Part shown: positions 40,160 through 49,958 of the stretch, piece by piece
Layout of the letters: every line of letters begins with the position of its first letter
Position numbering within the stretch: the stretch's first letter is position 1
Origin: an uncultured delta proteobacterium
GTDB lineage: Bacteria > Desulfobacterota > Desulfomonilia > UBA1062
Length of the DNA: 64,000 bases
Direction: 5' to 3'
Assembly (NCBI GenBank): GCA_963798485.1
Contig: CAWCTR010000004.1
Location: forward strand, 1 to 64,000
Notes under the pieces: model-generated
What the model was told of the DNA's origin: nothing
What the model saw: the letters and a program-made list of their open reading frames with translations, nothing else
The model's database searches: none
Position numbers and translations under genes: made by a program

Positions 40160-40428
40160 GGGCAGGGGTTCCTCTTGTTGAAAATGGCATATAACGGAAA
40201 GAGTGACAAAGCAGCCTTTGTCTGATAAAGATTATTCACAATAGTTTGCCAATCATAAAGCTGGTGTCGAATAATCAGAATATTACTTCATGATTAGTAG
40301 ATCATCCGGCACAGCTCCGCCTACCCGGGTGTGACCTGAGCCGCCAAAGTAATTATTCAGACTATGTACAAACATTCTTTAGGGTAGTACCTATTATCTG
40401 CATGTATCTGGTGAGATACATAACATCT

Positions 40429-41559
40429 TCATTTCTTATTTTCCATAACCAGCTGATTGTAACTGGTAATGAATCCCTTGGCAATGGAGTCCCAAGAGAT
40501 GGAGCTATTCATTTTCCGGCTTTTTTGTTCAAGTACAGCAAGGGGAATGGCCCCTGAGAGTGCCTGGATGACCTTCAGGGCCAGGTCTTGGGCATCTCTT
40601 GGTTTGAATAGGAAGCCATCTTTTCCATCCATTACCAATGGTCTGTTGGCGTCAATATCCGTAACTACCGGGGTCAATCCTGAAGCAATTGCCTCGAGGA
40701 GTGCAGGGGATGTTCCGTCGGCAATGGCCGTAGAGACATAGACGGATGCATGTTTCATGAGTTCGGGAATCTTTTCGGATAGGACATGACCGAGAAAGGT
40801 GATGCTCCCTTTGGTATCTATCTCGTGGGCAACAGCCTTCAGATGTGCTTCCTGGGAACCGGTGCCTGCGATGATGAAGCGGGCATCCGGTATGAGCTCC
40901 GTAACAATAGGAACGCTCCGGATCAATGTCTCGGCATCATAGACAGGTTCAAGGCTTCGGGTATACACGACTGTTTTTGTGTTACGGTCAGGGTTGATCT
41001 CGAAGAACTGCGAATCTACTCCCATGGGGATGACCTCTGAGTTTTGGAGTATTTTTCTACTCCTCATGCTTGGAGAGACAATTATCGTCTTATCTGATAA
41101 TCTTGCTGCAAGATCAAAAAGTGCTCTTATGGGCTGTCGTTCGCTGATGCGGAGGTCCATGCCGTGCGCGGTATTAAGGATAGGTACGCGCAGTATGCGG
41201 CCTGCTATGGCGGCGATAAGGCCGGTGGGGACTATCCAGTTGCCATGTATTACATCCGGTTTGTATTTTAATATAAGGTGCAGTGCCTTAATCATCCCGG
41301 ATACCATGTAGATGGCCATGGGGATTAGGCGGATCGAGTCCATCTGGTTCAGCTGTCTGCTGTTACTCGGAAACCAGAAGCGATAAACCTTTATACCGCT
41401 GTCATCTTCGAAGTATGAGCTTTGACTGAGGATCCTCGGGGTGAGAACCAGGACATCCAGTCCATTCTTCATCAGCTCAAGGCAGAGCTTTCTGATGAAT
41501 ATCCCACGCTGTGAACCGGGAAAATCGGGATAGGATGTTGTGATCAGAAGCACTTTCAC
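40429..41559 (-). CDS. Glycosyltransferase family 4
   Basis: ITTSYP; IHGNWIVP; TAHG.D; IPMGVD; DGTSPALLEAIASG. Confidence 0.88.
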   Translation of the reverse strand: MKVLLITTSYPDFPGSQRGIFIRKLCLELMKNGLDVLVLTPRILSQSSYFEDDSGIKVYRFWFPSNSRQLNQMDSIRLIPMAIYMVSGMIKALHLILKYKPDVIHGNWIVPTGLIAAIAGRILRVPILNTAHGMDLRISERQPIRALFDLAARLSDKTIIVSPSMRSRKILQNSEVIPMGVDSQFFEINPDRNTKTVVYTRSLEPVYDAETLIRSVPIVTELIPDARFIIAGTGSQEAHLKAVAHEIDTKGSITFLGHVLSEKIPELMKHASVYVSTAIADGTSPALLEAIASGLTPVVTDIDANRPLVMDGKDGFLFKPRDAQDLALKVIQALSGAIPLAVLEQKSRKMNSSISWDSIAKGFITSYNQLVMENKK

Positions 41560-41688
41560 TGCGGATGTCCTATACCATATCGATATAGAAGCACAAGGGG
41601 ATAGCTGGGGGGAATATACTCTGCTTGTTCGGAACGCACAGGGTAATAAGAGTTGTAGTAATGTTGTATTACAAACATATTAAACATG

Positions 41689-41718
41689 TTGACAAGAGCT
41701 GGCATAAGGTACGATAAT
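41689..41718 (+). promoter_or_regulatory. Putative sigma70 promoter of the acyl-CoA operon
   Basis: TTGACA-N18-GATAAT in the divergent intergenic region. Confidence 0.4.
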
Positions 41719-41897
41719 ACTGTAAGATATATTTAGTAGTTCAATTTTGAAATGCGGCAGCTTATATGAGGATGTTTCTCTCCCATATCTATCAGCCGTG
41801 AGCTTTTTTTACAGCGGTTCTCCATCAAGATGGCGGGGAGTTGCTCCGGGATTTATTTGAAAAGTCAGGTTTGAACTCTTGAAGGCAGGTTTGCGAG

Positions 41898-43094
41898 ATG
41901 GAACCTTTATTGTCAGGTATTAAAATCCTCGATTTCACCTATCTCCTCCCGGGACCTTTTGCCACCATGATCCTATCGGACCTCGGTGCCGAGGTGCTGC
42001 GCGTGGAGTCGCACACACGCCTCGACATGGCACGAGTCGCCCCGCCCTATGTGGATAAGGATGGTACGGTTTCGTGTATGCATGCCTATCTCAACCGGAA
42101 CAAGAGGTCCATCGCGCTTGATCTCAAGTTTGAGGAGAGCATCGCCATTATCAAACGGTTGATTTCGGAAAAAGGATATGACGTAGTGATAGAGCAGTTC
42201 CGACCTGGGGCCATGGGTCGTCTCGGGCTCTCTTATGAGACACTGTCCGGGATCAATCCCGGTTTGATCTACTGCTCTATTACCGGGTACGGCCAGACCG
42301 GACCGCTGCGAGACAGGGCCGGACACGACATCAACTACCTCGCCCTATCGGGTGTAATGAGCTATTCCGGCACAAAGGATGGCGGGCCCAGCCTCATGGG
42401 GATTCAGGTGGCGGACGTTGGCTCTGGGTCAAATAATGCGGCAATCGGTATATTGGCTGCTATTGTCCATCGGATGAAGACGGGAAAGGGCCAGTATATA
42501 GATGTTTCCATGACCGACGGTATATTCCCGTATCATGTAGTGAGCGGCCTGGGAAGCCTCGTAGGCGCACCCGAACCGGGATATGAGACCGAGATTTTGA
42601 ATGGCGGGTCCCTCTATGGTTTCTACAAAACAAAAGATGGGAAATACCTTTCCTTCGGGGGCCTTGAACCGCAGTTCCTGAGTGCATTCCTTACTGCCCT
42701 GGGGCTATCCGAGTATATACCCAGGCTCATGGAGCCTGACTTGACTGAAGAGCTGAGGCGGCGGGTATCTGATGTCATCCTCTCACGAGATCTATCCCAC
42801 TGGGTAAGCGTGTTCAAGGACGTTGATGCCTGTGTGGAACCGGTGCTCACGGTCCTGGAGGCCACATCGACTGAGCACGCCAAAGCACGCGGGCTCGTTG
42901 TCGAGGTGCCGGGGCCTGATGGATCCCCCATCAGGCAGATCGCCTACCCCATACGGTTTTCAAACTACAAACCTGAATACCTGCATGCAGGACCTGCACT
43001 GGGGCAGGATACACGAAATGTCTTGAATGCACTCGGTCTGTCCGAGGCTGAGATAGCGGATTTGAAATCTAAGAGAATCATTAACGGGGTATAG
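41898..43094 (+). CDS. CaiB/BaiF family III CoA-transferase (AMACR-like)
   Basis: LDFTYLLPGP; DLGAEV; NRNKRSIALDLK; FRPG; SITGYGQTGP; AGHDINY; QVADV. Confidence 0.9.
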   Translation: MEPLLSGIKILDFTYLLPGPFATMILSDLGAEVLRVESHTRLDMARVAPPYVDKDGTVSCMHAYLNRNKRSIALDLKFEESIAIIKRLISEKGYDVVIEQFRPGAMGRLGLSYETLSGINPGLIYCSITGYGQTGPLRDRAGHDINYLALSGVMSYSGTKDGGPSLMGIQVADVGSGSNNAAIGILAAIVHRMKTGKGQYIDVSMTDGIFPYHVVSGLGSLVGAPEPGYETEILNGGSLYGFYKTKDGKYLSFGGLEPQFLSAFLTALGLSEYIPRLMEPDLTEELRRRVSDVILSRDLSHWVSVFKDVDACVEPVLTVLEATSTEHAKARGLVVEVPGPDGSPIRQIAYPIRFSNYKPEYLHAGPALGQDTRNVLNALGLSEAEIADLKSKRIINGV

Positions 43095-43120
43095 AATACC
43101 GTGAAAGGGGGAAGTAAGGT

Positions 43121-44578
43121 ATGGTTGGTATCACAGCATATGGGGGGTACATACCACGCTATAGGCTGAGCAGGATGCTTATCATCCAGAACATGGCGTG
43201 GTACTTTCCGGTGATCATGGCTGTAGCGGGCGGGGAAAAGGCATTAGCCAACTGGGATGAAGATGCCATCAGCATGGCCGTGGCCGCAGCCTATGACTGC
43301 ATGGCGGGTAAGGACCGGAAGAAGCTGGACGGCATCTATCTCGCATCTACGACCCTGCCCTTTGCCGACAGGCTCAACGCAGGCATTGTCGCCGCCGCAC
43401 TGAATGCGCCCGAATACGGGGTGGCGAATGCGGACTTCAGCTCCTGCCTCAAGGCAGGGACTACTGCAGCCATGGCAGCCGTCAATGCGGTTCAGGCAGG
43501 TGACAAGAACACCATACTCGTGGTAGCCACCGACCAGCGCAGGACCAAGATGGCCACCATGCTGGAGATGTTCTATGGCGACGGTGCGGCAGCCCTGCTC
43601 TTCGGCAATAAGGACGTGATCGCGGAGTTCAAGGGCAGCTACTCCATAAGCTGCGACTTTACCGACCACTATAAGGGCTATGGCAAGGAATTCGATTATG
43701 GTTGGGAAGAACGCTGGGTCAGGGATGAGGGTTACGGCAAGATCATCCCGGCGGCAATCAAGGGCTTCTTCAAGAAAACAGGTATGTCCATGGCTGATAT
43801 CGCCAAGGTCATATACCCATGCTACTTTACGGGAACGCATAAATCCATAGCCAAAGACCTCGGCATAGACCCCTCGAAGCTCCAGGATAATCTCCACGGG
43901 ATATGCGGAGATACGGGCACGGCACATCCGGTTGTTATGTTCGCTGCTGCCCTGGAAGATGCCAAGCCCGGCGACAAACTGCTGCTTGCCGGTTTCGGAC
44001 AGGGCTGTGACGTGCTTTGTTTCGAGGCAACGGAGAACATCAAGAAATTCAAACCGGCAAAAGGTATCAAGGGCCACCTTGCCAGCAAGGTTGATTTTAC
44101 CAACTACCTGAAGTTCACCAAATTCAGAGACCTCATAACAGCAGACCTCGGCATCAGGGGTGAGGCAAACCCCAACACCTCACTGACAGCCCTGTGGCGC
44201 AAGAAAAAGATGATAATGGGTTTTGTAGGCCTCAAGTGTACCACGTGCGGTACACCCCAGTTCCCGCCCATGCCTATGTGCGTGAACCCGGCCTGCCATG
44301 CCGCGGGTCAGTTCGTTGACTATGAGTTTGCAGTCAAACCGGGTAAGGTGGAGATGTTCACGGGTGACCTGCTCTCTCCTTCAGTTGATCCGCCTGCCAT
44401 CTACGGCATCGTCTCTTTCGAGGGTGGCGGAAGGGCCTTTGTGGATTTCACTGATTGCGACATGAACCAGGTCAAGGTGGGCATGCCTATCAAGATGTCT
44501 TTCAGGCGTAGATCAAAGGACCAGATGAGGGGCTTTACCGGATATTTCTGGAAGGCCGTACCCCAGGTGGCGGGTTAA
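43121..44578 (+). CDS. HMG-CoA-synthase-like protein fused to a C-terminal DUF35 (Zn ribbon/OB-fold) domain
   Basis: GITAYGGYIPRYRL; DEDAISMAV; GDGAAA; GDTGTA; C-terminal CTTCG...FPP...C...C and an OB fold ending YFWKA. Confidence 0.85.
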   Translation: MVGITAYGGYIPRYRLSRMLIIQNMAWYFPVIMAVAGGEKALANWDEDAISMAVAAAYDCMAGKDRKKLDGIYLASTTLPFADRLNAGIVAAALNAPEYGVANADFSSCLKAGTTAAMAAVNAVQAGDKNTILVVATDQRRTKMATMLEMFYGDGAAALLFGNKDVIAEFKGSYSISCDFTDHYKGYGKEFDYGWEERWVRDEGYGKIIPAAIKGFFKKTGMSMADIAKVIYPCYFTGTHKSIAKDLGIDPSKLQDNLHGICGDTGTAHPVVMFAAALEDAKPGDKLLLAGFGQGCDVLCFEATENIKKFKPAKGIKGHLASKVDFTNYLKFTKFRDLITADLGIRGEANPNTSLTALWRKKKMIMGFVGLKCTTCGTPQFPPMPMCVNPACHAAGQFVDYEFAVKPGKVEMFTGDLLSPSVDPPAIYGIVSFEGGGRAFVDFTDCDMNQVKVGMPIKMSFRRRSKDQMRGFTGYFWKAVPQVAG

Positions 44579-44589
44579 GGAGGTGAGCC

Positions 44590-45798
44590 ATGGCAAGTGG
44601 AATTAGAGATAAAGTAGCCATCCTGGGTATGGGATGCACAAAGTTCGGCGAGCGGTGGAACGACAGCCCTGAAGACCTTATGGTAGAGGCATTCCAGGAA
44701 TGCATCGCCGATGCCGGGATTGAGAAGAAGGAGATCCAGGCTGCGTGGGTGGGGGTATGTTTCGATGAGATAAATGTGGGAAAGAGCGCACTATCCGCAT
44801 CGCTGGCGTTGCGTCTGCCCAACATAGCGGTAACCCGTGTAGAGAACTTCTGTGCAAGCGGCACTGAATCATTCAGGGGGGCGGTCTATGCCGTTGCCTC
44901 CGGTGCCTGTGACATCGCGCTCGCCCTTGGCGTGGAGAAGCTCAAGGATATCGGTTATGGCGGTCTGCCGGAATTCAGCTCGGCACTCGGCATCGCCAAC
45001 TCACTCTGGTTCCCGAACCTTACGGCGCCAGGCGGGTTTGCCCTGTTGGCCACGGGGTATGCAGCAAAATATGGCCTTGATATTCAGGAGGTAAAGAAGG
45101 CCATGGCCCATGTTTCGGTCAAGAGCCATGCTAATGGCGCATTGAATCCCAAGGCCCATTTACGAAGACCGGTTACTGAGGAACAGGTGTTGATGTCGCC
45201 CATGATCGCCTTCCCGCTTGGGCTTTTTGACTGCTGCGGTGTAAGCGACGGTGCTGCATGCGCCATCGTAACAACTCCCGAGATCGCCAAATCCCTCGGC
45301 AAAAAGGACATCATCTCGGTCAAGGCGCTCCAGCTGGCGCTCAGCAACGGCACAGAATTGTGTTTCAACGACTGGGACGGCGCCCACTTCATTACCACAA
45401 CCAAGGCAAGCACGGCTGCTTACAATGAGGCAGGGATTAAGAACCCCAGGGAGGAGATAAACATGATGGAGGTGCACGACTGCTTCTCCATCACCGAACT
45501 CGTTACCATGGAAGACCTCCACATCTCCGAGCGGGGCAAGGCGCCCAAGGATATCATGGACGGCTTCTTCGACCGTGATGGCAAGATCCCATGCCAGATC
45601 GACGGCGGTCTCAAGTGCTTCGGCCACCCTATCGGTGCATCGGGCTTAAGGATGCTCTATGAGATGTATCTCCAGCTTTTAGGCCGTGCGGACAAGAGGC
45701 AGCTCAAGAACCCGAGATATGGCCTTACCCACAATCTCGGGGGGTTCCCCATGATGAATATCTGCAGCATTGCCATTGTCGGCAGATATGGAAATTAG
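44590..45798 (+). CDS. SCP-x type thiolase (acetyl-CoA acyltransferase)
   Basis: VENFCASG; GVEKL; SDGAA; EVHDCF; GHPIGASG; THNLGG. Confidence 0.9.
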   Translation: MASGIRDKVAILGMGCTKFGERWNDSPEDLMVEAFQECIADAGIEKKEIQAAWVGVCFDEINVGKSALSASLALRLPNIAVTRVENFCASGTESFRGAVYAVASGACDIALALGVEKLKDIGYGGLPEFSSALGIANSLWFPNLTAPGGFALLATGYAAKYGLDIQEVKKAMAHVSVKSHANGALNPKAHLRRPVTEEQVLMSPMIAFPLGLFDCCGVSDGAACAIVTTPEIAKSLGKKDIISVKALQLALSNGTELCFNDWDGAHFITTTKASTAAYNEAGIKNPREEINMMEVHDCFSITELVTMEDLHISERGKAPKDIMDGFFDRDGKIPCQIDGGLKCFGHPIGASGLRMLYEMYLQLLGRADKRQLKNPRYGLTHNLGGFPMMNICSIAIVGRYGN

Positions 45799-45809
45799 GA
45801 GGTTAAGCC

Positions 45810-46259
45810 ATGGCAGATCATACGAAGATCGGAAAAGAATATGCTGCTGTCCAATGGGAAGTGGAGCGCGGGAAGATCCGGGAGCTCGTGAGGGCCATAG
45901 GTGACCCTGATCCCATTTATGTCAGCAAGGATGCCGCCATAAAGGAGGGATACAAAGATTCTCCGGCGCCTGCCACGTTCCTCACCGTGCCCATGATGTG
46001 GTCCTCATCCATGCCGGTGGTGATCACGGACCTGGCCATCAACTTTGTTATGTTGTTGCATGGAGAGGAAGAATACGAATATTACCAGGAGATCTATCCC
46101 GGCGATGTCATCACTGCAACGCCCAAGGTGGCGGCCATCGATGAGAAGACCAGCAAATCAGGTAAGAAGATGGACATGGTGACTATAGAGCTTCTCTATA
46201 AAAATCAACGGGGCGAGAAGGTTGCTAAGGCAAAGACGCTCCTTGTAGAGAGAAAGTAG
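45810..46259 (+). CDS. MaoC-like dehydratase, N-terminal-type subunit
   Basis: VERGKIRE..RAIGD.DP.Y; APATF; LLHGEEEYEY. Confidence 0.85.
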   Translation: MADHTKIGKEYAAVQWEVERGKIRELVRAIGDPDPIYVSKDAAIKEGYKDSPAPATFLTVPMMWSSSMPVVITDLAINFVMLLHGEEEYEYYQEIYPGDVITATPKVAAIDEKTSKSGKKMDMVTIELLYKNQRGEKVAKAKTLLVERK

Positions 46260-46268
46260 GAGGACACT

Positions 46269-46703
46269 ATGGCGGACCAGATATATTTTGAAGATGTCGT
46301 GATCGGTACAGAAATGCCCAAGCTCGTCAAAAGCCCCCTGCAGAAGCTCAATCATGTCATCTATGCAGGGGCCTCGGGTGATTTCAACCCGCTGCACACG
46401 GATGATGACTTTGCAAAGGCAGTGGGGATGAAAGATGGGATGATCACCCATGGTATGCTTGTCATGGGATTTGTCGGGCAGGCTGTCACGAACTGGATAC
46501 CCAAGAAAAATCTCAAACGGTTCGGGGTGAGATTTGCCGGAATGACCAAGCCGGGCAACACCATCACCGTAACCGGAAAGGTCATAGATAAAAAAAGCCA
46601 AAGCGGGGTGAAGCTCATCACCTGCGAAGTAACTGCTGTTGATGAGACGGGTGATGTGAAGGTTACAGGGAGTTTTGACGCGGCCCTTCCGACAAAGGGC
46701 TGA
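46269..46703 (+). CDS. MaoC family (R)-enoyl-CoA hydratase
   Basis: YAGASGDFNPLH.D and I.HGML hydratase-2 motifs. Confidence 0.9.
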   Translation: MADQIYFEDVVIGTEMPKLVKSPLQKLNHVIYAGASGDFNPLHTDDDFAKAVGMKDGMITHGMLVMGFVGQAVTNWIPKKNLKRFGVRFAGMTKPGNTITVTGKVIDKKSQSGVKLITCEVTAVDETGDVKVTGSFDAALPTKG

Positions 46704-46732
46704 TTTAAAGCATACTTCAGGAGGGAAAAGAT

Positions 46733-47641
46733 ATGGCGAAAATCGATTTTACCGGAAGGGTGGCGATCGTGACCGGCGCCGGTGCCGGTCTGGGCAGGCA
46801 GTATGCCCTTGAACTGGCAAAACGTGGTGCCAAGATCGTGGTGAATGACCTCGGGGGTACACGCGACGGTGTGGGGCACAGCGATGCTGCTGCAAACAAG
46901 GTAGTGGATGAGATCAAAGCCCTGGGCGGACAGGCTGTCCCGAACTATGACAACGTGGCAACGGCTTCTGGCGGGGAAAACATCGTGAAGACCGCCATCG
47001 ATGCCTTCGGCAAGGTGGACATTCTCATCAACAACGCCGGGATACTTAGGGACAAGACCTTCAACAAGATGGAAGAGGAGAACTGGGACACGGTCATGGC
47101 AGTGCATCTGCGGGGTGCCTACTGCGTGAGCAAGCCTGCCTTCATCAATATGAGGGAGAACGGCTATGGCCGGATCATCATGACCACATCCGGGGCAGGC
47201 CTGTTCGGCAACTTCGGGCAGAGCAACTACGCATCGGCAAAGATGGGGCTCGTCGGGCTCACCAATGTGCTCAAGATCGAGGGTGCCAAGTACAACATCA
47301 AGACCAATGTGATCGTCCCTGTGGCCGCATCGCGTCTTACCGAAGATGTCCTTCCGCCCCAGCTCTTTGAAAAGATGAAACCGGATTTTATCACCCCAGC
47401 AGTGCTCTATATGTGTTCTGAGCTCTGTGGCGATTCGGGCATGATCATCAATGCCACACTCGGCTACTACAGCCGCTCAGCAATGGTGACCGGCCCCGGC
47501 GTGTTTCTCTCGGACGGGCACAGGGTCCCTGAACCCGAAGAGATCATGGAGGCCTGGGGCAAGATCAAGAGTCTTGATGACCCGAAATACTTCGATCAGC
47601 TCCCCGAGATGTTCGGGGTGCTGGGGCCGTTGCTTCAGTAG
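46733..47641 (+). CDS. SDR oxidoreductase, MFE-2-like 3-hydroxyacyl-CoA dehydrogenase
   Basis: TGAGAGLG; VVNDLGG; NNAGILRD; GNFGQSNYASAK. Confidence 0.9.
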   Translation: MAKIDFTGRVAIVTGAGAGLGRQYALELAKRGAKIVVNDLGGTRDGVGHSDAAANKVVDEIKALGGQAVPNYDNVATASGGENIVKTAIDAFGKVDILINNAGILRDKTFNKMEEENWDTVMAVHLRGAYCVSKPAFINMRENGYGRIIMTTSGAGLFGNFGQSNYASAKMGLVGLTNVLKIEGAKYNIKTNVIVPVAASRLTEDVLPPQLFEKMKPDFITPAVLYMCSELCGDSGMIINATLGYYSRSAMVTGPGVFLSDGHRVPEPEEIMEAWGKIKSLDDPKYFDQLPEMFGVLGPLLQ

Positions 47642-47668
47642 ACAAGGTTAAGGCTTAGACCGGTGGAT

Positions 47669-48301
47669 TCACTTTCTGCCCAGCTGTAAAAACTGTATTT
47701 CATACTCCTCAGGCAGGAACAGGGCGAGTGATGCCTCCTCAACGGCTCCGACCGTAATTACATAGCGCCTGTTCCTTGAGAGCCTTTTCTTCATCCCTGC
47801 CTTGGCAGGGATTTTTTTTATGATGGTTCCGTCCATCTCAATGATGGATGGCCTATGGGAGTGGCCCCTGAAAAGGATCTTGTACGGGACAATTGAGCCC
47901 AGGTCTATGAGGGGATGGTTGTCAATAATGGGCCAGCTCGTTGCAGCGGGCCAGTCAAAGGGGGCCGAGTGGGCAAGGCAGAAATCATCGATGGTAAGGG
48001 TATAGGGCAGCCCGGAAAGGAAAGAAAGTACCTCGGGGGAAAGGCTGTTTGCATGGCTGCCCTTGCGGTTGACCATGATGGCATACTCATTGTTGCCCAT
48101 AACCGATCTCACGCCATGCTCCTTCAACATCGTCACGGCATCTTCCAGGGCAAGGGGGGCCAGTGAGTCGCAGATATCGCCGAGGTGGAAGATCGTCTGA
48201 ACATCCATGCCTTTAAGCATGAGGATCGCTTCGAGGAGGAGCTCGTTCCTCCCGTGGCTATCTGCGATGATGCCCACTGGGCCTTGCATGCCAAGTTCCA
48301 T
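47669..48301 (-). CDS. Calcineurin-like metallophosphoesterase
   Basis: IADSHG; HLGDICD; MGNNE; AH; RGHSH. Start placed at MELGMQ; the longer ORF overlaps the divergent promoter. Confidence 0.8.
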   Translation of the reverse strand: MELGMQGPVGIIADSHGRNELLLEAILMLKGMDVQTIFHLGDICDSLAPLALEDAVTMLKEHGVRSVMGNNEYAIMVNRKGSHANSLSPEVLSFLSGLPYTLTIDDFCLAHSAPFDWPAATSWPIIDNHPLIDLGSIVPYKILFRGHSHRPSIIEMDGTIIKKIPAKAGMKKRLSRNRRYVITVGAVEEASLALFLPEEYEIQFLQLGRK

Positions 48302-48375
48302 TGCCCAGGCATAGAGGATGGGTTTTTTATTTGCAAGGGAAATGAGACCCCTGTGCAGGATATGACAATCCTCGC

Positions 48376-48405
48376 TTGACATCATTAACCCGCAAGGGCT
48401 ATAAA
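48376..48405 (+). promoter_or_regulatory. Putative sigma70 promoter
   Basis: TTGACA-N18-TATAAA upstream of ATG 48451. Confidence 0.4.
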
Positions 48406-48450
48406 GCTTAAAGTGAAACTTTAATATATCCCTTCCCAAGGGGGTTCTCT

Positions 48451-49944
48451 ATGCCCGACTATGATGTGGTGGTTATCGGCGCAGGCAACGGCGGTATGAC
48501 GGCGGCGCTCACCCTTGCCAAGGCAGGCCGCAAGGTCCTTCTCCTCGAAAGGCACAATATCCCCGGAGGGTGCGCCACGAGCTTTATCCGGGGCAGATTC
48601 GAGTTCGAGGTCGCACTCCACCAGCTCAGCGGCATGGGATCAGTGGATAAGCCCGGTCCCTTACGGTCTGTTCTCGGCGAGATGGGGGTCCTCGACAGGC
48701 TCGAGTTCGTGGAGATAGAGAACCTTTACCGGGTCGTGTTCCCCGGCACCTTCGATGTGACGCTCAAGGCAGATCGGGAAGAGGCCATCAAGGAGCTTAT
48801 AAGAAGATTTCCGAAAGAGAACGATTCCATCCGCAGGTTCTTCGATTTGATCTATGATTTCTGCATGCAGCTCGTACAGGGGCTTTTCTTCCACGACCCC
48901 GATATCTCCAAGGAGAAGTACCCGCTCTATTTCAAGTATGCCCTGAAGAACTCCCAGGAGGTACTGGATGAATACTTCGATAACCCCTTTCTGAAGGCCA
49001 TCCTGAGTGTTTACTGGGGGTATGTGGGCGTCCCGCCCAGCCGGTTGCCCTTCGGCGATCTGGCCATCATGTTGTGGGCCTACATCGAGTTCAAGCCCTA
49101 CCACCTCAAGGGAGGGTCCCAGGCGCTGTCCAATGCACTCCTGGATGTTTTCCTCCAGGCCGGCGGCGAGGTGCGCTTCAATTGTGCCGCGCAAAAGATC
49201 ATCGTTGAAAACGGTGCGGTAAAGGGTGTCATCACCGAGCAGGGCGATCGTGTGGATGCGGGGTACGTGGTCTCCAATGCGAGCTCGATCCAGACCTATA
49301 TCGACCTTATCGATCGCAGTGAAGTCCCGAAAAGCCAGCTCGATACCTTCAGGAGCTCTACTATCGGTCCGTCCGCCTTCACGGTGTATATGGGGCTCGA
49401 TTGTGAACCCGGCGATATCGGCATCCACGAGACCACAAACTTCCTTACCACGACCACGGACATGGACAGGGCCTTTGATCTCTGGAAGACCATGGAGCCC
49501 CAGGGGTGGGCGCTTCTCACCTGCTACGACGTGTCCGACCCTGATTTCTCTCCCCCGGGTACGTGCCAGGCGGCCCTCGTTGCATTGCAGTATGCAGACC
49601 CATGGTATACGGTCTCTCCCCGGCAGTATGCGGACGCAAAATATCGCTATGCAGAGGCTATGCTGAGTCTTGCCGAGCGGGTTTTCCCAGGGCTGCGCGA
49701 CCGGATCGAAGAGCTGGAGGCAGCCACCCCCCTTACCCATATGCGCTACCTGAATCATCCGGGCGGGGCCATCTACGGGTTCGATCAGTATGCCAAGGAC
49801 TCTGCGTATTTCCTCTCGGGCAAATCCGTGATCAAGGGGCTCTACCACGCGGGTGCATGGGCGGGCAGCGGCGGGTTCCAGCCCACGCTGACCTCGGGCA
49901 GGTCCGCGGCACGCTCAATCCTGAAGGCAATGAGGAACAAGTGA
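48451..49944 (+). CDS. Phytoene dehydrogenase-like FAD-dependent oxidoreductase
   Basis: VIGAGNGG; LER..PGG.ATSF.RG.F.FE; GGSQALSNAL; ATPLT..RY...GGAIYGF; GLY.AGAW. Confidence 0.85.
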   Translation: MPDYDVVVIGAGNGGMTAALTLAKAGRKVLLLERHNIPGGCATSFIRGRFEFEVALHQLSGMGSVDKPGPLRSVLGEMGVLDRLEFVEIENLYRVVFPGTFDVTLKADREEAIKELIRRFPKENDSIRRFFDLIYDFCMQLVQGLFFHDPDISKEKYPLYFKYALKNSQEVLDEYFDNPFLKAILSVYWGYVGVPPSRLPFGDLAIMLWAYIEFKPYHLKGGSQALSNALLDVFLQAGGEVRFNCAAQKIIVENGAVKGVITEQGDRVDAGYVVSNASSIQTYIDLIDRSEVPKSQLDTFRSSTIGPSAFTVYMGLDCEPGDIGIHETTNFLTTTTDMDRAFDLWKTMEPQGWALLTCYDVSDPDFSPPGTCQAALVALQYADPWYTVSPRQYADAKYRYAEAMLSLAERVFPGLRDRIEELEAATPLTHMRYLNHPGGAIYGFDQYAKDSAYFLSGKSVIKGLYHAGAWAGSGGFQPTLTSGRSAARSILKAMRNK

Positions 49945-49958
49945 GGAGGTCATAAGCC

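Noticed and set aside
41754-41815. Loose hairpin plus T7 run in the CoA-transferase leader (possible attenuator/riboswitch)
   Set aside because: The stem is interrupted, the T run is not adjacent to a strong stem, and I recognise no riboswitch consensus.
48661-49848. 395-aa minus-strand ORF
   Set aside because: Antisense to a well-supported oxidoreductase; a codon-bias shadow.
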